A stretch of DNA of 64,000 nucleotides, from assembly GCA_020052415.1 (NCBI GenBank), contig JAGVPB010000078.1, positions 146,642 through 210,641 of the forward strand. Direction: 5' to 3'. Positions 23,323 through 31,827 of the stretch are shown here, in pieces (positions within the stretch are counted from its first letter, which is position 1; every line of letters begins with the position of its first letter). This DNA is from Bacteroidales bacterium (lineage in GTDB: Bacteria > Bacteroidota > Bacteroidia > Bacteroidales > JAADJA01). A program made the translations under genes and the position numbers. The notes beneath the pieces were generated by a model. It had not been told where the DNA came from and did no database searches. It was given only the letters and a program-made list of their open reading frames with translations.

Positions 23323-26300
23323 ATGGAATTATTTAAAAAGCTAAACCGTATCATTGGGTGGGTTGTATTCGCCATCGCAACCCTCGTATATTTTCTCACC
23401 GTTGAGCCGACGGCAAGCTGGTGGGATTGTGGCGAATATATTTCAACAGCTTATAAGCTCCAGGTCGGACATCCTCCCGGAGCGCCTTTATTCCAGTTGT
23501 TAGGGCGGTTTTTTTCGCTCTTTGCCTTCGGAGATGTTTCGAGGGTGGCTCTTATGATAAATATTATGTCGGCGCTGAGCAGCAGTTTCACCATTCTTTT
23601 TCTTTTCTGGACCATTACTCACCTCGCAAAGAAAATAGCCATTCTTTCGGGTGAAATGAATGCAGGAAAAATGTACGCCGTCCTCGGAAGTGGCGTAGTC
23701 GGGTCACTGGCTTACACATTTTCAGATTCTTTTTGGTTTTCGGCGGTTGAAGGTGAAGTTTATGCCATGTCGTCGTTATTTACAGCCGTTGTTTTCTGGG
23801 CCATGCTTCAGTGGGAAGAGGACGCCGACGAAAAACATTCCATCCGTTGGATACTTCTTATCGCCTACCTCATAGGCTTGTCAATTGGAGTGCACCTTCT
23901 TAATTTGTTAGCCATTCCTGCAATTGCTTTCGTGTATTATTTTAAAAAATACAAACCAACGAGTAAAGGTATGATTTTAACTGCCATCATTTCCGTGGTG
24001 CTCATAGGCATTATCATGACCGGCATAATTCCCTGGATCGTTAAACTTTCAAGCCTGTTTGAGCTGCTTTTTGTCAATTCATTCGGGCTGCCGTTCAATT
24101 CGGGAACCGCATTTTACTTCATTGTTTTAATCGGATTGATTGTCTGGGGTCTCAGATATACCATAAAGAAAGGAAAAGTAATGCTGAATTATGTTCTGCT
24201 GAGCTTCACTTTTATTTTAATCGGTTATTCATCTTTTTTTGTGATCATCATCCGGTCGAATGCCAATCCGCCCATTGATGAAAACAGCCCGGAGGATGCC
24301 ATCAGCCTGCTTTCCTACCTTGCCCGTGAGCAATATGGCGACTGGCCTATTATGTATGGCCAGTATTATAATGCGCCTACAATTGACCTTAAGGATGGTA
24401 ATCCTGTGTATGTTAAAGATGTAAAAAAGGGCAGGTATGTGATCACGGATGACAGGAAGGACACCGAGCCGGTTTATGACCCGAGGTTTACAACGATTTT
24501 CCCGAGGATGTGGAGCAATCAGAAAACAGCTCACATAGAAATGTACAAGCAATATGGAAAAGTAAAAGGCATACCGATTGAGGTTGACGACGGAGAAAAA
24601 ACAGAAACCAGAATAAAGCCTACATTCGGTGAAAACCTGAGGTTTTTCTTTACCTACCAGATCGGCCACATGTATTTACGCTATCTGATGTGGAATTTTT
24701 CGGGACGTCAAAATGATATTGAAAGTCAGGGTGAGGCTGAAAATGGAAATTGGCTCACGGGTTTTAAATGGTTTGATGAAAAGATACTGGGACTTGGCCC
24801 TCAGGATAATCTGCCTGACAGCATGAGGAATCCGGCACGGAATAAGTTTTATATGCTTCCTTTTTTACTTGGATTGGCTGGTTTGTTTTATCACCTGAAA
24901 GTTCATAAACAGGATACATTGCTGGTCGCTCTGTTGTTTATTATGACCGGGCTTGCCATTGTGGTCTATCTGAACCAGTATCCTTATCAGCCCCGTGAAC
25001 GTGATTATGCATACGCGGGTTCATTTTATGCCTATGCCATCTGGATTGGCCTGGGAGTAATGGCTCTTGCCGAATGGCTGGGTAAAAAACTGGAACCTAA
25101 GATCGCAGCCATTTCGGTTTCAGTGGTTACACTGCTTGCCGTGCCGGTGGTTATGGCCACCCAGGGCTGGAACGATCATGACCGTTCAGGAAAATATGCT
25201 GCACTCGATTTTGCCGCAAATTATCTTAACTCATGCGAACCCAACGCGATTCTTTTTACAAACGGTGATAATGATACATTCCCTTTATGGTATGCACAGG
25301 AAGTTGAAGGCATAAGAACCGACGTAAGGGTGGTGAATTTCATGCTTGCTTCGGGTCACTGGTATATTCACCAAATGATGAATAAGGCTTACAAGTCCGA
25401 ACCGTTACCATTTACACTCACCTACGACCAATATCAGAACGGTGTGAATAATGCAGTGGTTTTTTATAATACAAAAATCCAGGGTAATGTTGAGTTAAAG
25501 CAGGTTATTGACTTTATTGCCAGCGAAAATGAAGGGTCAAAGGTTACTTTATCGAGTGGAGAAAGAATTAATTTTTCTCCAACCAAAAAGTTTAAGCTGA
25601 CCATTGATCCGGCAACCATTATGAAGAACAAGGCTGTGCCGCCTTACATGGCTGATCAGATTGTCCCCTCAATTGAATGGGAGGTAAAACAAAATTATCT
25701 GTACAAGAATGACCTGATGCTGCTCGATATTATTGCAACAAATAACTGGGAACGCCCCATATATTTTGCGAATCCTAACAGCATCAATAAAGTTTTGGGT
25801 ATTGAAAGTTATTGTCATCTCGAAGGCATGGTTTACAGGTTTATGCCTGTAAAAGCTGAAAATTTCATTTCCGGAGTCGGCGGTGTGGATGCTGATGGAT
25901 CGTACGATATATTCATGAACAAGTGTAAATGGGGAAACCTTAAGACACCGGGTATCTATGTTGACAGGGAAAGTGCGAGAAATTCAATCATTCCCAAGCA
26001 AAATTTTATGCGTGTTGCCGAAAGCCTTGTTACGAACGGTGAAAAGCAAAAAGCGATTAACCTGCTCGATTTATGCCTGAAAGAGTTTCCGGATAATAAA
26101 ATTACTTACGATATGTATATGATTCCCTTTGCTGATGTGTATTATGAGGCCGGGGCAATGGAAAAAGGAAATGCTATTGCTGAAAGGGTGTTCAATATCT
26201 ATCGCCAGAACCTTGAATATTACAACCGGTTGAATAACCGGCTGTTTAAATATTATGAAACCGATTATAACCAGGCACTTACTGTCATTCAGCGTCTTTC

Positions 26301-26385
26301 AATGATGACTAAAATGAATAAGCAGACCGAACTTTATAATAAGATTGATACTATATTTCAGGAACAATTAAAGATTTTGAAATAA
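23323..26385 (+). CDS. DUF2723 (GT117-type, TMEM260-like) polytopic membrane glycosyltransferase-like protein
   Basis: 1020 aa. The N-terminus VEPTASWWDCGEYISTAYKLQVGHPPGAPLFQLLGR is the DUF2723 hallmark. Many TM helices follow, then a large C-terminal TPR-like soluble part. Confidence 0.8.
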   Translation: MELFKKLNRIIGWVVFAIATLVYFLTVEPTASWWDCGEYISTAYKLQVGHPPGAPLFQLLGRFFSLFAFGDVSRVALMINIMSALSSSFTILFLFWTITHLAKKIAILSGEMNAGKMYAVLGSGVVGSLAYTFSDSFWFSAVEGEVYAMSSLFTAVVFWAMLQWEEDADEKHSIRWILLIAYLIGLSIGVHLLNLLAIPAIAFVYYFKKYKPTSKGMILTAIISVVLIGIIMTGIIPWIVKLSSLFELLFVNSFGLPFNSGTAFYFIVLIGLIVWGLRYTIKKGKVMLNYVLLSFTFILIGYSSFFVIIIRSNANPPIDENSPEDAISLLSYLAREQYGDWPIMYGQYYNAPTIDLKDGNPVYVKDVKKGRYVITDDRKDTEPVYDPRFTTIFPRMWSNQKTAHIEMYKQYGKVKGIPIEVDDGEKTETRIKPTFGENLRFFFTYQIGHMYLRYLMWNFSGRQNDIESQGEAENGNWLTGFKWFDEKILGLGPQDNLPDSMRNPARNKFYMLPFLLGLAGLFYHLKVHKQDTLLVALLFIMTGLAIVVYLNQYPYQPRERDYAYAGSFYAYAIWIGLGVMALAEWLGKKLEPKIAAISVSVVTLLAVPVVMATQGWNDHDRSGKYAALDFAANYLNSCEPNAILFTNGDNDTFPLWYAQEVEGIRTDVRVVNFMLASGHWYIHQMMNKAYKSEPLPFTLTYDQYQNGVNNAVVFYNTKIQGNVELKQVIDFIASENEGSKVTLSSGERINFSPTKKFKLTIDPATIMKNKAVPPYMADQIVPSIEWEVKQNYLYKNDLMLLDIIATNNWERPIYFANPNSINKVLGIESYCHLEGMVYRFMPVKAENFISGVGGVDADGSYDIFMNKCKWGNLKTPGIYVDRESARNSIIPKQNFMRVAESLVTNGEKQKAINLLDLCLKEFPDNKITYDMYMIPFADVYYEAGAMEKGNAIAERVFNIYRQNLEYYNRLNNRLFKYYETDYNQALTVIQRLSMMTKMNKQTELYNKIDTIFQEQLKILK

Positions 26386-26394
26386 TAGTCAATC

Positions 26395-27163
26395 GGCTAC
26401 ATTTTTATTTGAAGTGCTGGCAAATTACATCCCGAAGGGATAGCTTAATTCAGCCCAATAGCAGCGCTTTGGGTTAAGCGGAATTTACATATCTTTACCA
26501 TCGCCCTGAAAGGGCAGCTTAAATATTGTTCATTATGGGTCAGTCTTTATCGAAATTATTTGTACATGTAATTTTCCACACAAAGAATAACCATGTCTTA
26601 ATTCAACATCAGGATAAGAAAGAATTATATGCATACATGGGTTCAATAATCAAAGACAACGGTTCAATTCCAATATTAATAAATGGTATGGAAGACCATG
26701 TCCATATCTTATGCATAATGTCGAAAAATATTGCACTTGCAAAATTTGTCGAAGAGATTAAACGTCATAGCAGCAGGTGGATTAAAAGTAAAGGAGCGCA
26801 TTATCGTTTGTTTGCGTGGCAGAATGGTTATTCGGGATTTTCTGTAAGTTCATCAGTGGTTGATAAAACCAGGCTGTACATTGAGAATCAGGAAGCGCAT
26901 CACAAGAAAATGACTTTCAAAGATGAATTGATAGCTTTCTTAAAAGAATTCAAAGTCGAATACAATGAAAAATATTTATGGTCTGATTAAGCTGCCCTTG
27001 CAGGGCGAGGCTGAATATCTCCAGACCTTCGTCCCAGGGCGTTGCCCATGGGCTAAAATAAATCAGGCTTTCAGCCATTCACTGAAAAATAAAAAATGTA
27101 AATGTCCTAAAAGCAATTCATTTTAGTATTCCGCTTTCTGGCACATCAAAATAAAATACAGCC
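26395..27163 (+). mobile_element. RAYT element: REP-associated tyrosine transposase gene bracketed by hairpin inverted repeats
   Basis: Outer imperfect inverted repeats are GGCTACATTTTTATTTGAAGTGCTGG (26395-26420) and CTGGCACATCAAAATAAAATACAGCC (27138-27163). Inner 22-bp inverted hairpins are TCGCCCTGAAAGGGCAGCTTAA (just upstream of the ATG) and TTAAGCTGCCCTTGCAGGGCGA (at and just after the stop). Further hairpins are ATCCCGAAGGGAT and GCCCATGGGC. Confidence 0.75.
26535..26990 (+). CDS. rayT: REP-associated tyrosine transposase (RAYT; IS200/IS605 TnpA-like Y1 HUH transposase)
   Basis: The HUH motif is in GMEDHVHILCIM and the catalytic-Tyr region is in RLYIENQEAHHKK. Size is ~150 aa. The track start at 26526 is TTG; the ATG is at 26535. 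Confidence 0.85.
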   Translation: MGQSLSKLFVHVIFHTKNNHVLIQHQDKKELYAYMGSIIKDNGSIPILINGMEDHVHILCIMSKNIALAKFVEEIKRHSSRWIKSKGAHYRLFAWQNGYSGFSVSSSVVDKTRLYIENQEAHHKKMTFKDELIAFLKEFKVEYNEKYLWSD

Positions 27164-27189
27164 TTACAATCCAACTGTGGTACCGATAC

Positions 27190-27978
27190 TTATATTTGTT
27201 TTTTCCTGGTCCACAACAGTAATCCGATCCCGGTAAGGATTAACGGAATGCTTAACAATTGGCCAAGGTTTAACATCATATTTGCTTCAAAACTAACCTG
27301 AGGCTCTTTAATGAATTCGATGATGAACCTTAATCCGAAAAGCAATATGAGGAATAACCCGAAAATAAAACCGGGTTTTAATTTTTGAGATTTTTTCAGG
27401 TAGATCTGATAGAGGATAATAAAAATCAGGAAATAACCCAACCCTTCATAAATTTGTGTAGGGTGTTTGGGAACCGTTTCACCTGCCCTTTCAAATATAA
27501 ATCCCCATGCTAAAGTCGTTTCCCTGCCATAAATTTCAGAATTCATGAGGTTGCCCGTGCGAATACAAAGGCCTGCCAAAGCGACTACAATAACAACCCT
27601 GTCCAAAATCCACAAGTACGATTTTTGCGTCTTTCTGGAAAAAAAATAAAGAGCAAGCAATATTCCTATAGCCGCACCATGACTTGCAAGGCCTCCTTCC
27701 CAGACTTTAAGGATTTCGATGGGATGGCTTAGGTAATATCCGGGTTCATAAAACAGGCAATGGCCAAGCCTGGCGCCGATCACCGTTCCAACGACCATGT
27801 ATGTTGTCAGGGTATCGAGGAATTTGGGTGGTAATTTTTCTTTGGTGAAAATTTTACCCATAATTATATAACCTAAAACAAATCCGAGCGCAAAAAGAAT
27901 CCCGTAATATCTGATGGCAAAACTACCAATGCGGAATATTTCAGGATTGACATTCCAGACTATTGAATTTAAGATCAT
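27190..27978 (-). CDS. lgt: Prolipoprotein diacylglyceryl transferase
   Basis: 262 aa. The motifs IRYYGILFALGF, GARLGHCLFYEP, VWEGGLASHGAAIG and HPTQIYE give the Lgt family signature. Confidence 0.92.
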   Translation of the reverse strand: MILNSIVWNVNPEIFRIGSFAIRYYGILFALGFVLGYIIMGKIFTKEKLPPKFLDTLTTYMVVGTVIGARLGHCLFYEPGYYLSHPIEILKVWEGGLASHGAAIGILLALYFFSRKTQKSYLWILDRVVIVVALAGLCIRTGNLMNSEIYGRETTLAWGFIFERAGETVPKHPTQIYEGLGYFLIFIILYQIYLKKSQKLKPGFIFGLFLILLFGLRFIIEFIKEPQVSFEANMMLNLGQLLSIPLILTGIGLLLWTRKKQI

Positions 27979-28023
27979 GTGAATTAAAAATTTGTGTGCA
28001 AATATACGAAAGGACTATGTTCC

Positions 28024-28379
28024 TGGATAAATTATATTTTATGCGATGGTAAAAAACATCCCGAAGGGATAGCTTAATTCAGCCCAATAGCTGCGCTTTG
28101 GGTTAAGTGGAATTTGCATATCTTTATTATCGCCCTGAAAGGGCAGCTTAAATATTGTTCATTGAAAAATATTTATGGTCTGATTAAGCTGCCCTTCCAG
28201 GGCGAAGCTGATTTTATCCGGAACATCGTCCCAGGGCGTTGCCCATGGGCTAAAATAAATCAGGCTTTCAGCCATTCAAAGAAAAATAACGATGTAGGGT
28301 ACTTAATGGCAGTCACTTTATAATTCTACTTTCTGGCACATCTCCAAAGGAGTCCAATGGACAAATAAAAATGTAGCCT
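28024..28379 (+). mobile_element. ORF-less miniature derivative of the RAYT element (REPIN/MITE-like)
   Basis: 28056-28163 matches 26427-26534 with 5 mismatches in 108 nt by hand alignment. 28164-28278 matches 26967-27081. The whole transposase ORF except its last 24 nt is missing, with junction ...TGTTCATT|GAAAAATATTTATGG.... The right outer repeat carries a 20-bp insertion. Confidence 0.8.
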
Positions 28380-28404
28380 CTTTTTCATTCTCAAAACAAG
28401 CAAT

Positions 28405-29508
28405 TCAAGCTTTCGCAAGCAGACTTGAAATTCTTGAGGCAAGTGCAGATCCATCATAATTGAGTTTAATGCCTGAATAGAATTCCGCTTCCTGAATTGC
28501 ATGCTGAAGGTCAAAGTTTTTCTGGCTCATGCTGAAGAACCACTTTTTCTTTAAATAATAATGTGCGAGATATTCCTGTTCCGTTTGCCCCGGGGTTGGA
28601 ATGAAAATCGCCTTTGCTCCTGAGACTGCCAGATCCATCACAGTAGAATAACCGGGACGCGAAATAATAAATTTTGATGATCGAATTAAATGATTCAATT
28701 TTTCTGTTTCAAGATGTGGAAAGATCGCGATTAGATCATTTGTTTCAATATTGAATTTATTTTCAGGTTTGCCCCTGATAACGGCAGCCGTGTTAATGGT
28801 TCCTTTCAATTGCTGAATTATCAGATTTTCCAGGACAGATCGCTGTGGTTCAGGACCTGAGAGGATTACAAGTATGTCATAATGCACTTTTTCGTTTTGA
28901 TTGTTAAGCTGTGGACCCGTCGTGCAATATGCAAACCTTGATAATGGCCCGATAAAAAATAAATTTTGTGGCAGAGGATTCAAATGAGATAATTCGCCCG
29001 ATAGATTCGGTTCTGATTCAAAGTCGGGGATCCAGCATTCATCGAAAGCCGCAATATAACTACGGTTGATTTTATTGAGTAATGATCCGGTGAAAGCAAG
29101 GTAAGGCGGAACTCTTATTGACAGTTGGTGGGATATAAAAACTGAAGGTATCGCGACAGACGATAAACCAAAGCGGTTGTCTGAAATAACACCATCAATA
29201 TTGTATTCTAGAATAATTTTTTTCAAAAATTTCCTTTCTTTCTTTATTCCGTTAAGGATTGCGGGCGCCTGCAAAGCCATTTTCATTGCCATGTTGGAGT
29301 TGACGGGATAGGAAAATTTATAGCCCGGAAATTGAATAAACTGAAGTTCGGGAAATTCCTGTTTTAAGAAAGCCAGAGGCCTGTGGTCAGCTCCGATACT
29401 TACTCTTGCTTTTTGATTAAGCAATTCCCTGATTACCGGTACACAACGGGTTGCATGCCCGATTCCCCAGTCGAGCGGGCAAACAATTATATGAGGTGTT
29501 TTTTTCAT
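28405..29508 (-). CDS. Glycosyltransferase, GT-B fold (MJ1255/TIGR00661-like, GT28-related)
   Basis: 367 aa. The N-terminus reads IIVCPLDWGIGHATRCVPVIRELL, a G-rich GT-B loop. The C-terminal half has RPGYSTVMDLAVSGAKAIFIPTPGQTEQ, a donor-binding motif. Confidence 0.65.
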   Translation of the reverse strand: MKKTPHIIVCPLDWGIGHATRCVPVIRELLNQKARVSIGADHRPLAFLKQEFPELQFIQFPGYKFSYPVNSNMAMKMALQAPAILNGIKKERKFLKKIILEYNIDGVISDNRFGLSSVAIPSVFISHQLSIRVPPYLAFTGSLLNKINRSYIAAFDECWIPDFESEPNLSGELSHLNPLPQNLFFIGPLSRFAYCTTGPQLNNQNEKVHYDILVILSGPEPQRSVLENLIIQQLKGTINTAAVIRGKPENKFNIETNDLIAIFPHLETEKLNHLIRSSKFIISRPGYSTVMDLAVSGAKAIFIPTPGQTEQEYLAHYYLKKKWFFSMSQKNFDLQHAIQEAEFYSGIKLNYDGSALASRISSLLAKA

Positions 29509-29527
29509 GAAAATAGTTTACCAAATT

Positions 29528-29569
29528 GGCTGAATAATATTTTGTCCATTGAACTCCTTTGGAGATGAG
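29528..29569 (-). repeat. Inverted solo copy of the RAYT-element outer repeat, including the 20-bp hairpin insert
   Basis: The reverse complement CTCATCTCCAAAGGAGTTCAATGGACAAAATATTATTCAGCC aligns with 28339-28379 (CACATCTCCAAAGGAGTCCAATGGACAAATAAAAATGTAGCC). The first 28 nt have 2 mismatches. Confidence 0.7.
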
Positions 29570-29633
29570 TTGTCATAATTTTGCCGATGATTTTTACCTT
29601 GTAAATAGGATCTAATTAAGCCATGATTGCTTT

Positions 29634-29812
29634 GCCCGTAGGGCATCAATATTCATAGAAACGCACGATTCCTGAAAAGAATTTCCCGTAGGGAATCAAC
29701 ATCCTGATAAGTTTTTGTTTATGTCCTACGGACAATTTGAAACTGCTAAACAAAATATTTCTAATGATATTGAATCCCAACGGGCTAAAAAATTACGGAT
29801 GTTCCTAACATC
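29634..29812. repeat. Cluster of short REP-like hairpins (NCCC-GTA-GGGN type)
   Basis: The hairpins are GCCCGTAGGGC (29634-44), TCCCGTAGGGA (29684-94), GTCCTACGGAC (29723-33), CCCAACGGG (29776-84) and GATGTTCCTAACATC (29798-812). The first two share the flank ...CGTAGGGnATCAA. Confidence 0.7.
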
Positions 29813-29878
29813 GAACGAAGATAAAGATCATTATCAACTTTAATTTGTGTACCTTCATTATTTAGAATAATTTTTTTT

Positions 29879-29904
29879 CTGCATATCAAAATAAAATTTA
29901 ACCC
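29879..29904 (+). repeat. Solo copy of the RAYT-element outer repeat (without the 20-bp insert)
   Basis: CTGCATATCAAAATAAAATTTAACCC versus CTGGCACATCAAAATAAAATACAGCC (27138-27163). It lies 40 nt upstream of dprA. Confidence 0.55.
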
Positions 29905-29943
29905 ACAAATTTATCTTATTTTTGGATTGAAAATTCCAACCCC

Positions 29944-31032
29944 ATGCTGATCTATCAAATAGGAATAACACTCATACCTGGAATTGGCGACATCAACGGG
30001 AAAAAGCTGATCTCGTATTGCGGCAATGCTGAAGCGGTATTTAAAGAAAAGAAAAAAGCCTTGTTAAAAATTCCCGGAATCGGTGAATCCACAGTCGCTT
30101 CAATACTTTCACAAGAAGTTCTCGAGAGGGCGGAAGAAGAGATCAGCTTCGTTGAAAAATATAACATTACCCCACTCTTTTTTACATCTAAAGCCTACCC
30201 TCAGAGGCTGAAGCATTGTGTTGACAGTCCGCTGATGCTTTACTATAAAGGAAATGCCGATTTAAATTGTGATAAGATCATTAGTGTGGTAGGAACCAGG
30301 AGGGCTTCTGATTATGGAAAGGAAACATGTAATAAAATAATTGAAGATTTGGCAGCTTTGAAAGTTCTTGTTGTCAGTGGCCTTGCTTATGGCATTGACA
30401 GCAAAGCGCACCAGGCGGCCCTTAATTATAACCTTGAAACCGTTGGAGTACTGGCTCATGGACTCGACCGGATATATCCCTATTCAAACAGGGCGCTTGC
30501 AGAAAAGATGATACATTCCGGAGGTTTGATCACCGATTTTCTTAGCAAAACCAACCCCGACAGGGAAAATTTTCCCAAGCGAAACCGCATCATAGCCGGT
30601 ATGTCGGATGCCCTCGTAGTGATTGAAACAGCCATGAAAGGCGGGGCATTGATAACAGCAAATATTGCCAATTCATACAACAGGGATGTTTTTGCTGTTC
30701 CCGGTAAACTCACTGATAAATTTTCCGAAGGCTGTAATTTTCTTATAAAAACCAATAAGGCTGCATTGTTACAATCGGCACGGGATATTGAATACATTAT
30801 GCGATGGGAACCGAAGGAGGTAAAATCTTCGCGGCAGCAAAAGCTTTTTGAGGAATTAACTCCCGAAGAAGAAGCAATTATTAATATTATAAATGAAAAC
30901 ACCGAATCAGGAATTGATCATATTGTGTTACAATCAAAATTTACTGCTAGTAAAATAGCTGCAATACTTTTAAACCTGGAGTTTAAAGGAATGATAAGAA
31001 GCCTGCCGGGAAAGATATATAAATGTATCTGA
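29944..31032 (+). CDS. dprA: DNA-processing protein DprA
   Basis: The motifs VVGTRRASDYG, SGLAYGIDSKAHQAAL, VLAHGLDRIYP, FPKRNRIIAGMSDALVVIE...GGALITA and the C-terminal winged-helix-like tail give the DprA/Smf pattern. Confidence 0.92.
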   Translation: MLIYQIGITLIPGIGDINGKKLISYCGNAEAVFKEKKKALLKIPGIGESTVASILSQEVLERAEEEISFVEKYNITPLFFTSKAYPQRLKHCVDSPLMLYYKGNADLNCDKIISVVGTRRASDYGKETCNKIIEDLAALKVLVVSGLAYGIDSKAHQAALNYNLETVGVLAHGLDRIYPYSNRALAEKMIHSGGLITDFLSKTNPDRENFPKRNRIIAGMSDALVVIETAMKGGALITANIANSYNRDVFAVPGKLTDKFSEGCNFLIKTNKAALLQSARDIEYIMRWEPKEVKSSRQQKLFEELTPEEEAIINIINENTESGIDHIVLQSKFTASKIAAILLNLEFKGMIRSLPGKIYKCI

Positions 31033-31039
31033 TGACTCT

Positions 31040-31723
31040 TTATTCTTTCTTCAGTCGCTTAAATTCTTCATTAAGTTCAAATGCCTTATAATAAAGCATT
31101 ATAATTATAATAAATGCGCCGATACTCAGGAAGAGCAATAAACGGAAATCTTTTGTGATAAAACAAAAATTATACAGGGCATGAAAAAATGAAGCTCCAA
31201 GTAAGCCTGTCATCGAATCTACAAATTTGTTTTCGCGGACTTTTGCCATACCGGTATAAAATCCAAGGATAATCGCAAAGAAAAGGTTGGCAAATATGAC
31301 GGAATAGGCATAAGTAAAATCTATTTCAGCATAGTAGGGTAAGGCAAAATAAATTACATTGCTCATGAGCGAAAAACCTAGAGAAATCATAATGCTGTAA
31401 ACGATGCTGTCGAGCGGGCCATTAAAACTTGATTTACTGTAATTATAATATCGCAGGATCAGGAACTTGCCGAATTCCGAGCCAAAGCCCATAACAATAA
31501 ACGAATAAAAAATTATCCGCCGTAAATTTTTAAAATCTTCCAGGCCGAATTGCCGTGAGATATATTGAAACAGCACAACCAGCACTATGCTGACCATCCC
31601 TAAAATAAAACTGGTTATTAACCCGGGATACCTGTCTTTGCCGCGTTTAATCCAGATAAGGCCTAAAGTAAAAATGGCAAGAACAGGAGCTAAAGCTAAG
31701 GATAAAATGTAATTTATCATCAT
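31040..31723 (-). CDS. PrsW-family intramembrane protease-like membrane protein
   Basis: 227 aa with ~7 TM segments. It has the motifs GFGSEFGKFL (ExxK-like) and FFHALYNF (HxxxN), as in PrsW/YpdC proteases. Confidence 0.5.
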   Translation of the reverse strand: MMINYILSLALAPVLAIFTLGLIWIKRGKDRYPGLITSFILGMVSIVLVVLFQYISRQFGLEDFKNLRRIIFYSFIVMGFGSEFGKFLILRYYNYSKSSFNGPLDSIVYSIMISLGFSLMSNVIYFALPYYAEIDFTYAYSVIFANLFFAIILGFYTGMAKVRENKFVDSMTGLLGASFFHALYNFCFITKDFRLLLFLSIGAFIIIIMLYYKAFELNEEFKRLKKE

Positions 31724-31827
31724 GGTAGTTAATTTTAAAAATCAAAAGTACAAATAGGTTTTGAACATAACGATAAGATCAATAAATAATTTAATAATTA
31801 ATTTATAATTAAATGTTAAAATTGTGC

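Noticed and set aside
28114-28323. 69-aa ORF inside the miniature RAYT element
   Set aside because: It spans the deletion junction and the REP hairpins. Its C-terminal part is a translation of the element's right arm, so it is not a gene.
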